Positions 19,834 to 28,950 of a DNA stretch of 64,000 bases are shown here, piece after piece. How positions within the stretch are numbered: the stretch's first letter is position 1; every line of letters starts with the position of its first letter. The stretch comes from Croceibacterium sp. (GTDB lineage Bacteria; Pseudomonadota; Alphaproteobacteria; Sphingomonadales; Sphingomonadaceae). The stretch spans positions 1,903-65,902 of the forward strand of contig DASPMY010000030.1 of the NCBI GenBank assembly GCA_035626815.1. Direction: 5' to 3'. Position numbers and translations under genes: made by a program. The notes below the pieces were generated by a model that did no database searches, was not told where the DNA came from, and saw nothing but the letters and a program-made list of their open reading frames with translations.

Positions 19834-20620
19834 TGCCGAAGTCCAGGGCCCATTGTGGGGTGCCCGCGCGGAGGATTGGGCGACTTATGTCGAGCAGACG
19901 GGTGTGCCGCTCGCCGGCGCGGCGCTCGACGCGGCGCGGGTGACGGCCGGCACCCGAGTGCTCGACGCCGGCTGCGGCGCGGGGCTGCTCTCGGTGCTGG
20001 CCCGCATGCGAGGCGCCGAGCCCGCCGCGGTCGATGCCGCCGAAGGCATGATAGCGGTGGCGCGGCGCCGCCTGCCGGGAGCCGACGTGCGCGTGGCCGA
20101 CCTCGAAGCGCTGCCGTTCGCCGACGCGGCGTTCGATGCCGCCATCGGCGTCAACAGCGTGTTCTACGCCGCCGACATGGCGGCCGCGATGGACGAGTTG
20201 GCGCGAGTCGTGCGGCCCGGCGGGCACGTCGTCATAACCGCCTGGGGGCCGCCCCAGCGCTGCGAGTTCATGACCTCGATCATGCCCCGGCTCGGGCCGC
20301 TGATGCCGCCGCCGCCGCCCGGCGCTCAGCCGCCCCATCCCGGCGCGCTGTCGGAGCCCGGCGCGCTCGCCGCCTTGCTCGAGAAAGCCGGCCTCCAGCC
20401 GAAGGAGCAAGGCGAGGTCGCCTGCCCGTTCGTGTTTCCGAGCGGCGAAGCCTCGTGGGTCGGCAACGCGAGCGCCGGCGTCAACCAGGCCGCCATCGAG
20501 CATAGTGGGGAAGCCGCGGTGCGCGCGGCGTATGCCGCGGCCGACGCCGAGCATACCCGCGCCGACGGCAGCGTCCGCTACGACAACGTGTTCGTCTGGG
20601 CGAGCGCGGTCAGGCCTTAG
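19826..20620 (+). CDS. Class I SAM-dependent methyltransferase
   Basis: 'VLDAGCGAGLLS' motif I and a 'DAAIGVNSVFY' post-I region. Confidence 0.8.
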   Translation: MGSAEVQGPLWGARAEDWATYVEQTGVPLAGAALDAARVTAGTRVLDAGCGAGLLSVLARMRGAEPAAVDAAEGMIAVARRRLPGADVRVADLEALPFADAAFDAAIGVNSVFYAADMAAAMDELARVVRPGGHVVITAWGPPQRCEFMTSIMPRLGPLMPPPPPGAQPPHPGALSEPGALAALLEKAGLQPKEQGEVACPFVFPSGEASWVGNASAGVNQAAIEHSGEAAVRAAYAAADAEHTRADGSVRYDNVFVWASAVRP

Positions 20621-20623
20621 CCG

Positions 20624-22096
20624 TCACAACCGCCCCGGCGCCCCGTCGAGCAGGATCGTTTTGGTCTCGAGGTACGGCCACAGCCCTTCCTCGCCGCCCT
20701 CGCGGCCGATGCCGGACTGCTTGAAGCCGCCGAACGGCATGCCGAACTCCATGCGCATGCCGTTCTGGCCCATCACCCCGGTGCGGATGCGGCGGCTGAT
20801 ATCGTAGGCCGCTTGCGGGTCGCTGGTCAGCACCGAGCCGTTGAGGCCGTAGCTCGACTCGTTGGCGAGGCGGATCGCGTCTTCCTCGTCCTCGGCGGGG
20901 ATCAGGCACAGCACGGGGCCGAAGATCTCCTCCTGGGCGATGCGGCTCCGGTTGTCGACGTTGGCGAACAGGGTGGGCTCCATGTAGTAGCCCTTGTTCA
21001 TGTGTGCCGGGCGCTGGCCGCCGGTGACGAGGTCGGCGCCGGACTTCCTGCCTTCCCCGATATACATCTCCACGCGCTCGAGCTGGCGCTTCATCGCCAG
21101 CGGGCCGAGCTGGGTCTCGGGGTCCTCGCTGTGGCCGATGCGGATGCCCTTCATCACGCCCGCGATCGCCTCCGCCAGCTCATCGTGGCGGTGCCGGGGG
21201 ACGATCGCGCGGCTCAGCATCGCGCACACCTGGCCGCTCATCACGGTGATGGTGTTGCCGAGGATGCCGGCGGCGGCCTCGATCGGGAAATCGTCGCGCA
21301 CGATCGCCGCCGACTTGCCGCCCAGCTCGAGCGTGCAGCGGGTCATCTTCGCCCCGCAGACCGCAGCGATGTGCATCCCCGCCGCGCTCGAACCGGTGAA
21401 GCTGACTTTGTCGATCTCGCGGCTGCGCACAAGGTGGTCCGACGCCTCGCGCTCGGCCGGCACCAGGTTGACCGTGCCCGGCGGCAGCCCCGCGGCCTCG
21501 GCCGCCTCGGCGATGATGTAGGCTTCGAGGGGGGTCTCCGGCGAGGGCTTCATGACGATCGGGCAGCCGGCGACGAGCGCGTAGAACACTTTGTTGGCCA
21601 TGATCCCGAACGGCGCGTTCCACGGCGCGATGCCGACCACCACGCCGACCGGCTCGCGCACGATCACCGCGGTGTCGACGACCATGCCCTTCTTCTGCTC
21701 GGTCCAGGCAAAGCTTTCCCCCAGCGCGGCGATCCCGCGCAAACCCGCGACGCCGCCGCCGTGCATGATCGGGGCGAAGCTGGCGAGCCCGCCGACTTGC
21801 GCGACCCACGCCGCGCACAGCTCGGGTACGCGCGCCTCGAGCTGGTCGATCATCGCCATCAGCCGGGCGCCGCGCTCGGCCGGCGGGGTGCTCGGCCACG
21901 GCCCGTGGTCGAACGCGTGGCGCGCGGCGGCCACGGCCCGGTCCATGTCCTCCGGCCCGGCCGCGGCGGTGCGGGCGACGACTTCCTCGCTGTTCGGATT
22001 GACGATCTCGAGCTGGCCGCCGGCGACGGGCGCGACCCATTCGCCGCCGATGTACAGCTTGTCGGGATGCCGGATGGTCACGCCTGCGGGGGTCAT
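20624..22096 (-). CDS. NAD(P)-dependent aldehyde dehydrogenase
   Basis: 'ELGGKSA', 'FTGSSAAGMHI' and a catalytic Cys in 'SGQVCAMLSR'. The ATG at 22096 has an AGGAGA RBS. The longer start would run into a REP element. Confidence 0.9.
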   Translation of the reverse strand: MTPAGVTIRHPDKLYIGGEWVAPVAGGQLEIVNPNSEEVVARTAAAGPEDMDRAVAAARHAFDHGPWPSTPPAERGARLMAMIDQLEARVPELCAAWVAQVGGLASFAPIMHGGGVAGLRGIAALGESFAWTEQKKGMVVDTAVIVREPVGVVVGIAPWNAPFGIMANKVFYALVAGCPIVMKPSPETPLEAYIIAEAAEAAGLPPGTVNLVPAEREASDHLVRSREIDKVSFTGSSAAGMHIAAVCGAKMTRCTLELGGKSAAIVRDDFPIEAAAGILGNTITVMSGQVCAMLSRAIVPRHRHDELAEAIAGVMKGIRIGHSEDPETQLGPLAMKRQLERVEMYIGEGRKSGADLVTGGQRPAHMNKGYYMEPTLFANVDNRSRIAQEEIFGPVLCLIPAEDEEDAIRLANESSYGLNGSVLTSDPQAAYDISRRIRTGVMGQNGMRMEFGMPFGGFKQSGIGREGGEEGLWPYLETKTILLDGAPGRL

Positions 22097-22116
22097 TGGG
22101 GGTCTCCTAACTGAGA

Positions 22117-22202
22117 TCGTCATTGCGAGCGCAGCGAAGCAATCCAGAGCGCATCGCGCGACGCCCTGGACTGCTTCGTCGCTACGCTCCTCGCAATGAC
22201 GA
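22117..22202. repeat. REP-like inverted repeat, 'tcgtcattgcgagcg.agcgaagcaatccag' family (copy 2)
   Basis: The arms 'tcgtcattgcgagcgcagcgaagcaatccag' and 'ctggactgcttcgtcgctacgctcctcgcaatgacga' are imperfect reverse complements. The left arm is near-identical to the copy at 11447. Confidence 0.75.
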
Positions 22203-22213
22203 AGGAACAGGCA

Positions 22214-24418
22214 TCAATAGCTCGACAAAATCGTCAGGCTGCGGCTGTCGAGCGGCTTGCCCTCGCGCTGCAGCTGCAGCTCGCGGGCGCGGACCTTGCG
22301 CTGCTCGTCGATCAGGAAGGCGTGGATCGCCTTGACCTGGTCGGGCGCGAGCAGGTCGCCCCAGCGCGGCATGCCGTTGGCGACCAGCAGCCCGTCGAGC
22401 ACGATCCTGTCGAACGCGTCGTGCGTTCCCGGCTGCATCCGCCGCAAGTCGGGCAGCGGCGCGCGCGGCTGGTTCGAATGGCACACCGAGCAGTTCTCGA
22501 GGAACAGCGCGTTGCCCATGGCGATCGTCTGCGGCGTGACGCCGGGGGCCTGCGACGGCGGCTCGGGCGCCGGCTCGAGCGGCGGCAGGTCCTCGGGCAC
22601 CGGCACCTCGCCGCCCCCGAGCCTGAACACCAGCAGCCGGTTGGCGTTGCCCTTCGCATAGGCGGCGGCATACGGCGGCACGAAGCCCCAGCCGCCCCCG
22701 CCCCAGCCGGTCTGCACCGCGACGTACTGCACCCCGCCGACCTTGTAGGTCATCGGCGCGGCGAGGATCGAGCTGCCGGTGTCGATGGCCTTGAGGACTT
22801 TCCCGGTCTCGGCGTCGCGCACCACCAGCTGGCCGGAAAGCGTGCCGTGGATGACCAGCCCGCTCGCGGTCGCAAGCACCCCGCCGCGATCCTGCCAGCC
22901 GTCAAAGTCGGCGGCCCACTTGGTCTTCCCGGTCAGCGGATCGATCGCGCGCAACTCGCTGGTGAACGGCTGGTCGAGCACCTGCTGCCATTGCGGCAGT
23001 GCCTTGATCGCCGCCTGCATCGGCGGGGGCAGGGTGGCGGCGGCGGCCTCGAGGTCGGCGGTGAAGATCAGCGCCGCACCCGGGTTCATCGCGTTGGCCC
23101 GGTGCGGCGGGTTCTCCGAGCCCGGCGGGATGAACATCAGGTTGCCGATGTCGACCACGCTGGCGAAGTACAGGTTGCGGCCCGGATCGTAGGCCGCGGC
23201 GTGCCAGTTGCGCGCCCCGGCGGATGACGGAAACACGATCTTGGGCCCGGTCGAGTAGTCGGAGAACTCGGGTGTCAGCTTCGGCCGGCCGGTGGCGAGG
23301 TCCCACCCGCTCGCCCAGCTCGTCCGCACCAGCGCGTTGGCCGCCAGCGGCTGGCCGCTCTCGCGGTCGACGACGAAGAAGAAGCCGTTCTTGGGCGTGT
23401 GGAGCAGCACCGGGCGGCGCGCGCCGTTCACCTCGAGCTCGGTGAACACCATCGGCTGCGAGGCGGTGAAGTCCCACGAATCCTGCGGCGTCTCCTGGAA
23501 GTGCCACTTCATCTCGCCCGTCTCGCGGTCGAGCGCGACCACGGAATCGAGATAGAGGTTGTCGCCTCCCGCCGGCGAGCGGCTCTTGTGCGGATAAGGC
23601 CCGCCGTTGCCGGTGCCGACGATCACCTGGTCGAACTGCGGATCGTAGTGGATCGCGTCCCACACGGTGCCGCCGCCGCCGATGTCCCAGCGGCTCTCGG
23701 GATCCCAGGTTTCAAGCGCAGCTTCCAGCGCTTCGGACTCCTGCGGACCCTTATCGGGATCGTGCGGGATGGTCCAGAAGCGCCACGCCTCGTCGCCGCT
23801 GTCGAGGTGGTAGGCGGTGACGTAGCCGCGCGTGTCGAACTCGGCGCCGCCGTTGCCGATGATCACCAGGTCGCCGGCGATCTCGGGCGCGCCGGTCACC
23901 GTGTAGCCGCGCTTGCGGTCGGCGATGGTGTCGGCCTTCCACTCGACGGCGCCGGTTGCGGCGTCGAGCGCGTAGAGCCAGCCGTCGAGCGAGGCGACAA
24001 AGACCTTGCCGTCCGCCACTTGCACCCCGCGGTTGGCCTGGTCGCAGCAGGCGGCGCGGTTGACCTGCATGTCGACCTCGGGGGTGAAGGTCCACAGCTC
24101 CTCGCCGGTCGCCGCGTTCAGCGCATAGACCCGGCCGAGGTTGCCCGAGGTGTACATCACGCCGTCGATGACCACCGGCGTCGCCTCCTGCACCCGCGCG
24201 GTGCCGAGGTCGTATTCCCAGGCGAGGCCGAGCTCGCCGACGTTCTCGGGCGTGATGTCGGTCAGGCGGCTGAAATGGCTGCCGGCCCAGTCGCCGCCGG
24301 GGTTGTCCCAGTCGTCCCCGGCGCCGATCACCGAGGTGTCGACTTGCGGAATGGTCGCGTCGGTGCAGGCGGCGAGCGCGAGCAGGAGCGGCATTGCGAG
24401 CGCGAGCCACGGCCTCAT
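22214..24418 (-). CDS. PQQ-dependent quinohemoprotein dehydrogenase (type II ADH-like, C-terminal cytochrome c domain)
   Basis: 734 aa. PQQ propeller repeats ('GRVYALNAATGEELW', 'DGWLYALDAATGAVEW') and a C-terminal heme site 'CSVCHS'. The start 'MRPWLALAMPLLLALAAC' is in an ATGA overlap with the upstream gene. The ORF track merges this gene into a longer spurious frame. Confidence 0.9.
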   Translation of the reverse strand: MRPWLALAMPLLLALAACTDATIPQVDTSVIGAGDDWDNPGGDWAGSHFSRLTDITPENVGELGLAWEYDLGTARVQEATPVVIDGVMYTSGNLGRVYALNAATGEELWTFTPEVDMQVNRAACCDQANRGVQVADGKVFVASLDGWLYALDAATGAVEWKADTIADRKRGYTVTGAPEIAGDLVIIGNGGAEFDTRGYVTAYHLDSGDEAWRFWTIPHDPDKGPQESEALEAALETWDPESRWDIGGGGTVWDAIHYDPQFDQVIVGTGNGGPYPHKSRSPAGGDNLYLDSVVALDRETGEMKWHFQETPQDSWDFTASQPMVFTELEVNGARRPVLLHTPKNGFFFVVDRESGQPLAANALVRTSWASGWDLATGRPKLTPEFSDYSTGPKIVFPSSAGARNWHAAAYDPGRNLYFASVVDIGNLMFIPPGSENPPHRANAMNPGAALIFTADLEAAAATLPPPMQAAIKALPQWQQVLDQPFTSELRAIDPLTGKTKWAADFDGWQDRGGVLATASGLVIHGTLSGQLVVRDAETGKVLKAIDTGSSILAAPMTYKVGGVQYVAVQTGWGGGGWGFVPPYAAAYAKGNANRLLVFRLGGGEVPVPEDLPPLEPAPEPPSQAPGVTPQTIAMGNALFLENCSVCHSNQPRAPLPDLRRMQPGTHDAFDRIVLDGLLVANGMPRWGDLLAPDQVKAIHAFLIDEQRKVRARELQLQREGKPLDSRSLTILSSY

Positions 24419-25350
24419 TGCGGCCACGCGCCCCGGTACTGCTCGAACACGCTGCGCAGCGAGCGCGGCGGGCGCCCGGTGATCCGCTCGACGCAATCGG
24501 TGACGCGGTCGAAATAGCCCTCGCGGATCGACTGGCCGAAGGTGACCATGTCGTCGCTCGACCACGGGATCGGCCCGTCGGGCACGATGTCGCTGGCATG
24601 GCGCGGCACGCCGAGCGAATCGAAATAGTGGTACATCGCCGCGTCGCTGACCGGCTGCACCTCGATCGGCTTGCAGGCCATTTCGGCGACCAGCGCCAGC
24701 GCCTCGGGAATGCTCAGCGCCTCGGGCCCGGTCAGGGTGTAGGCCATGCGCCCGTGGCCGTCCTGCGTCAGCACGCCGACGGCGGTGGCGACGCAATCGT
24801 CGCGGCTGACGAAGCCGACTTTGCCGTCGCCGCAGTTGTCGGGCTTGACGCCCATCTGCAGCGCCGGGATCGCCATGGCGAGCGCGATCGCCTCGGCATA
24901 CTGGCTGTCGCGCAGGAACGTCCACGCCGCGCCCGAGCGCTCGATGATCACCTCGGTGGCGCGGTGGTCGTCCTTGACGATCGCCGGATTGGCCGGCTCG
25001 TCGGCGGCGATCACCGAGGTGTAGACCACGTGGCTGACCCCCGCCCGCACCGCCGCCTCGACCGCGTTTCTGTGCTGGCCGACGCGGGTGCCGACGCGCG
25101 CGGTCGAAATCAGCAGCATCCTGTCGCCGCCTGCCATCGCCTCCGGCAGCGTCGAGGGTTCGTCGAAGTCCGCCCGCCGGACGTGCGCGCCCGTGCCGGC
25201 GAACTCGGCCAGCTTTTCGGGCGTGCGCGACAGCAGCACGAGGTCCTCGGCCGGGACCTGCTCCAGCAACAGCCGGGCCGCCGCGCTGCCGAACTGGCCG
25301 GACGCGCCGGTGACGATGATCTTGCCCAACGGACTCTCCCTTTCGCGCAA
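24415..25350 (-). CDS. NmrA/atypical-SDR family NAD(P)-binding protein
   Basis: 'KIIVTGASGQFG' Rossmann motif. 311 aa. Confidence 0.75.
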   Translation of the reverse strand: MRERESPLGKIIVTGASGQFGSAAARLLLEQVPAEDLVLLSRTPEKLAEFAGTGAHVRRADFDEPSTLPEAMAGGDRMLLISTARVGTRVGQHRNAVEAAVRAGVSHVVYTSVIAADEPANPAIVKDDHRATEVIIERSGAAWTFLRDSQYAEAIALAMAIPALQMGVKPDNCGDGKVGFVSRDDCVATAVGVLTQDGHGRMAYTLTGPEALSIPEALALVAEMACKPIEVQPVSDAAMYHYFDSLGVPRHASDIVPDGPIPWSSDDMVTFGQSIREGYFDRVTDCVERITGRPPRSLRSVFEQYRGAWPQ

Positions 25351-25390
25351 TCATAACGAGTGTTACGGTTGAGGCAACGAGGGAGAGACC

Positions 25391-25882
25391 ATGCTTTCGA
25401 TCGAAGACCGGCTCGGCCTGCAGGACCTGATCGCCGACTATTCCTGGGCGCTCGACACCGGCGACGCCGAAGGCCTCGTCGCCTGCTTCACCGAAGACTG
25501 CGTGATGAGCGAGGAGGTGTTCGAGGACCCCGACGTGTGGCAAGGCCACGCCGGCATCCGCGGGCTGATGGCGCACTACGCCAACGCCCCCGGCTTCGCC
25601 GGCCGCCAGCATCACGTGACGCAGACCCAGCACGAGCCGCAGGCCGACGGCAGCGTCAGGATGAGAAGCTTCGCTTTCGTCACCGAATGCGAAGGCGAGC
25701 CGCCCTACCTGCTGCGCTTCACCGGCTGGTACGACGACCACGCGGTCAAGGGCGCCGACGGCCGCTGGCGCTTCCGCCGCCGCACGGTGCGGCTGTGGGA
25801 CGGCGAGGTGCTCAGGAACTTCCCCGGCCGCGGCGAATGGGTGGCAAGGAAACGGCCGGAGTCGCTGATCATCAAGCGATGA
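25391..25882 (+). CDS. NTF2/SnoaL-like domain protein
   Basis: 163 aa. 'LQDLIADYSWALDTGDAEGLVACFTEDCV' is a SnoaL_4-type start. Confidence 0.7.
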   Translation: MLSIEDRLGLQDLIADYSWALDTGDAEGLVACFTEDCVMSEEVFEDPDVWQGHAGIRGLMAHYANAPGFAGRQHHVTQTQHEPQADGSVRMRSFAFVTECEGEPPYLLRFTGWYDDHAVKGADGRWRFRRRTVRLWDGEVLRNFPGRGEWVARKRPESLIIKR

Positions 25883-26340
25883 GCACGCTCCGCTTCCGCG
25901 CCGAGCTGCAGCGCAAGGACCCAGGCCTGCCGGTGTTCATCCGCATTCCGGGCGAGGTCGTGGCGCCGTGGGGGTTGAATGACTGGCGGTCGGTCGAGGG
26001 CTCGCTCAACGGCCACGCCTTCGGCCGCCGCACGATCAAGGACTGGGGCAACGGCAGCGCCGACTGGTTCGTCGAGATCGTCAAGCCATACCTCGAAGCG
26101 GCGGGCCTGAAGCCCGGCGATACAGTCGAGGTCGAGCTGCGCCTCGCCAACATGACCATGCCGGATGAAATGGCGGCGCGGTTGGAGAGCGATCCCGAGT
26201 TCGCCCGCGCTTTCGAAGCGCTCATTCCCAACCACAAGCGCAAGGCGATCGAGCACTACCTGGAGGCGAAGACTCCGGCGGGCCGCACCGCGCGGCTGGA
26301 CAAGATCAGCCGCTCGATCAAGGCGCGGCTTGCCCACTAG
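25879..26340 (+). CDS. DUF1905 / YdeI-family protein
   Basis: ATGA overlap with the preceding gene. C-terminal 'FEALIPNHKRKAIEHYLEAKTPAGRTARLDKI' is typical of the YdeI/OmpD-associated family. Confidence 0.65.
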   Translation: MSTLRFRAELQRKDPGLPVFIRIPGEVVAPWGLNDWRSVEGSLNGHAFGRRTIKDWGNGSADWFVEIVKPYLEAAGLKPGDTVEVELRLANMTMPDEMAARLESDPEFARAFEALIPNHKRKAIEHYLEAKTPAGRTARLDKISRSIKARLAH

Positions 26341-26342
26341 TG

Positions 26343-26422
26343 CGTCATTTCCCGCGAACGCGGGAACCCAGGCATTCCTATGGCGCCGGGCCTACCGGGT
26401 TCCCGCCTTCGCGGGGATGACG
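26343..26422. repeat. REP-like inverted repeat ('cgtcatttcccgcgaacgcgggaaccc' type)
   Basis: The arms 'cgtcatttcccgcgaacgcgggaacccagg' and 'cctaccgggttcccgccttcgcggggatgacg' are imperfect reverse complements. The element lies between convergent genes. Confidence 0.7.
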
Positions 26423-26431
26423 AAGGAGGGC

Positions 26432-26821
26432 TCAGACCCGGCGCACCAGCACCCACCCCAGCACCAGCCCGCAGTCGAGCGGCTGGGTGGCGGCGGTCAT
26501 GTCGCGCACGCGGCCGTCGTCGGCCGGCGCGTAGCCGGCTTCGCGCGCGACGTCCTCGATCAGCAGGGCGTCGGCCGGGCGGCTGACGCCGACCACGAAC
26601 GCCGGGCGCCGCGCGAACACCGCGCGGGCGAGGCGGACGCGGTCGCCTTCGATCGGCAGCGCCTCGCTGCCGCAGGCTTCGGCGAAGCGGCGCCCGGCGA
26701 CCAGCGAGGGGTCGTGCAGCAGCACGGCATCGCCGGAGCGTGCCGAGGCCGTCGTCGGCAGGCCCGCGAGCGCGGGCGCCGTCAGCGCGCCCGCCAGCAC
26801 GCCGCGCCGGGTCGCCTTCAT
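26432..26821 (-). CDS. Hypothetical exported protein with a Tat-like signal, last gene of the flavocytochrome operon
   Basis: The internal start 'MKATRRGVLAGALTAPALAG' has a twin-arginine motif. It overlaps the stop of the upstream cytochrome c gene. Confidence 0.5.
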   Translation of the reverse strand: MKATRRGVLAGALTAPALAGLPTTASARSGDAVLLHDPSLVAGRRFAEACGSEALPIEGDRVRLARAVFARRPAFVVGVSRPADALLIEDVAREAGYAPADDGRVRDMTAATQPLDCGLVLGWVLVRRV

Positions 26822-27204
26822 CGCGCCGCCCCGGTCGCGGCCGGATGCGGTCCCGCGGCGAGGTATTCGGCGATCTGGCGCAGCGCGTCGTCGCTGACCT
26901 CGCCGCGCGGGATCGCCGGCATGTTGCCGACGCCCTGGCGCGCGGCGACGATGACGTAGGGCGCGGGCAGGCTGTCGCGCGCCTCGAGCAGCGCCGGCTG
27001 GACGCGGCGGGCGAGCAGGCCGGTGCCCATGCCGTTGGCCGCGTGGCAGCTCGCGCAATGCTCGAGGTAGAGCGCCTCGCCAGCGCTCGCATTTGGGCGG
27101 CTGGCGCGGGTTTCCGGCTTCGGCGCCGGCGGCGGGCCCTGGGCGATGGCGGCTCCGCTCGCCAGCAGCAAGACCACTAGGGAATACTTGCCTCTAAGAC
27201 TCAT
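26818..27204 (-). CDS. Cytochrome c subunit (PchC/EhyA-like) of a flavocytochrome hydroxylase
   Basis: Signal peptide 'KYSLVVLLLASGAAIAQG', heme site 'CASCH' and a distal 'GNMP' Met ligand context. Confidence 0.8.
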   Translation of the reverse strand: MSLRGKYSLVVLLLASGAAIAQGPPPAPKPETRASRPNASAGEALYLEHCASCHAANGMGTGLLARRVQPALLEARDSLPAPYVIVAARQGVGNMPAIPRGEVSDDALRQIAEYLAAGPHPAATGAAR

Positions 27205-27397
27205 TTGCGCCGGACCTCGGCCTCGACACGCCGTCGATGAGCAATCCAAACGGAATCCCCACGAGGGCCAAATAGACGAGGAACTGCAATAGTTCACTGC
27301 GAATCACACCTGCCGCAAAGCCGTAGTAAAGAAACGAAGCCAACAGGAAAAAGTAGATCGAGAGTAGATGATTTAGGTTCAAACGTCGCAGCCTCAT
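27194..27397 (-). CDS. 67-aa two-TM hydrophobic peptide of unknown function
   Basis: The frame is visibly AT-richer than its neighbours. ATGA overlap with the flavoprotein stop and an 11-nt overlap with the cytochrome c start. Two hydrophobic helices. Confidence 0.45.
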   Translation of the reverse strand: MRLRRLNLNHLLSIYFFLLASFLYYGFAAGVIRSELLQFLVYLALVGIPFGLLIDGVSRPRSGANES

Positions 27398-28947
27398 GCC
27401 CGGCCTCCCTGCCCCTTCGGCCAGATCCCGTTTTTCCCCGGGGCGAGGATGCCGTTCGGGTCGAGCGCGTCCTTGACCGTCTGGTTGAGCTTGCCGAGCG
27501 CGCCGCCGTTCCAGTCGTAGCTGTCCGCCACCAGGTCCATGTAGTCGAGGTGGGTGCGGTACTCGCCGTACCCTTCGGCCTTCGCATCGGCGACGAGCTG
27601 GCGGAAGAACGGGTCGATCCGCGCCATCATCGCCGGGTCGTCCTTGTTGAACAGCATCGCGTTGACGTTGACGAGGTGCCGCTCGCCGAAGGCGAAGCTG
27701 CCCTGGTAGTCCATCCCGTATTCCTTGTAGCGGGCGTAAGTCCGCTGGAACTGCGCCAGCGCCGCGCTGCCGCTTTGCGGGATGATCGGCGAGAAACCGA
27801 TGTGCCCGCCGCGCCCGCCGTACCAGTTGGCGTTCTGCATCGGGAAGGTGATCGGCGTGCCGGTCCAGCCCGAATATTCCATCGGCTGCCCCTTGCGCCA
27901 CGTTGTCGGGCGCATGCTGAGCGGCTGAAGCGCGTTCATCGCCTGCTCGAGCACCGCGTAGGCGGCCTTGTTGACCTCCTCGCGCCCGTACAGACGCAGC
28001 GAGACCCCCCACCAGCCGAGCCCGAAACGCTTGCGGATCGCATCGATCACGGCATCGTCGAGCGCGCCGGGCTTGTCGGTCCATTCGCCGCGCGTGGTCG
28101 CCACCGCCGCGGCGCGCAGCCAGTTGCCGACGCTGGGGCTCTGCTGCAGCACGCGCTCGCGCCTGAGCGGCCCGATCGTGTCGACCAGCGGCTTGAGGTC
28201 CTCGGGGCGGTCGAACTCGACGTCCATCCCCATCAGGCTCTCGGGCTCGGGCATCAGCCACATGTTGGCCTTGGTCACGACGCCGAAGTTCGACTGCACG
28301 AACATCTGGTCCCAGCCGGGCCCGAAGCCGAACGGGTAATGCCCCCAGGTCGGCGCGCCGCTGAACGCGCCCATGCCGGTGCGAACGACCTCGCCGGTCG
28401 GCAGCACGACCTCGAGCCCGCACAGGTTCTTGGTGTTCTCGCCGTACGGCGTGTAGCCGACCCCGCGGTCGAGCGCGTTGCCGATCACGCTGCCCCACGA
28501 GTTGCCGGGGGTCGACAGCCAGTAGGGCAGCTGGTTGGCCTGGATGAAGTCGTAGAGGTCGTAGAACCCGACGCCGGGCTCGAGCAGCACGGTGCCGAAT
28601 TCCTCGTCGAACACGATCTTCTTCATGCCCGACAGGTCCATCACCACGCTGCCCGAAAGCAGCGGGGCACTGCCGCCGTAGCCCAGGTTCTTGCCGCGGC
28701 TGATCGGCCAGACCGGCAGGCGGAGCTGGTTGGCGATCCTGAGCGCCGCCTGGACTTCCTCGACCGAGGTCGGCCCGATCGCGCCCGCCGGCAGGTGCGC
28801 GGCGTCCTGGATCGCGAACTTGTCCTGGTAGCCGCTGCGGTCGAGGTCCTCGAAGAACACCTTGCCGGCGCCGAGCGCGGCCTCGAACTCCCGCCGCGCC
28901 TGGTCGAGCTTGGCGGCGGTGAAGTCGGGCGGGAGCGGCGCGGCCAT
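27394..28947 (-). CDS. FAD-linked oxidase, vanillyl-alcohol oxidase / p-cresol methylhydroxylase / eugenol hydroxylase flavoprotein family
   Basis: 517 aa. FAD_binding_4 N-terminal domain ('PVWPISRGKNLGYGGSAP') and a VAO-type C-terminal domain. It is paired with a cytochrome c subunit. Confidence 0.85.
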   Translation of the reverse strand: MAAPLPPDFTAAKLDQARREFEAALGAGKVFFEDLDRSGYQDKFAIQDAAHLPAGAIGPTSVEEVQAALRIANQLRLPVWPISRGKNLGYGGSAPLLSGSVVMDLSGMKKIVFDEEFGTVLLEPGVGFYDLYDFIQANQLPYWLSTPGNSWGSVIGNALDRGVGYTPYGENTKNLCGLEVVLPTGEVVRTGMGAFSGAPTWGHYPFGFGPGWDQMFVQSNFGVVTKANMWLMPEPESLMGMDVEFDRPEDLKPLVDTIGPLRRERVLQQSPSVGNWLRAAAVATTRGEWTDKPGALDDAVIDAIRKRFGLGWWGVSLRLYGREEVNKAAYAVLEQAMNALQPLSMRPTTWRKGQPMEYSGWTGTPITFPMQNANWYGGRGGHIGFSPIIPQSGSAALAQFQRTYARYKEYGMDYQGSFAFGERHLVNVNAMLFNKDDPAMMARIDPFFRQLVADAKAEGYGEYRTHLDYMDLVADSYDWNGGALGKLNQTVKDALDPNGILAPGKNGIWPKGQGGRA

Positions 28948-28950
28948 CGG

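Noticed and set aside
22214-25741. Single 1175-aa ORF in the track. 55915..59118 and 48710..52366 are similar long frames.
   Set aside because: The N-terminal portions are low-complexity read-through upstream of the real starts. Signal peptides, RBSs and ATGA overlaps define shorter genes (PQQ dehydrogenase, LigM-like, CvaB-like).
27355-27400. Apparent 1-nt mismatch between my hand translation of the printed sequence and the ORF-track protein around 27360. A similar case occurs near 55260.
   Set aside because: The ORF-track proteins are internally consistent on both sides, so this is most likely my own misreading at line boundaries. I do not report it as a frameshift or pseudogene, and I take coordinates from the track.
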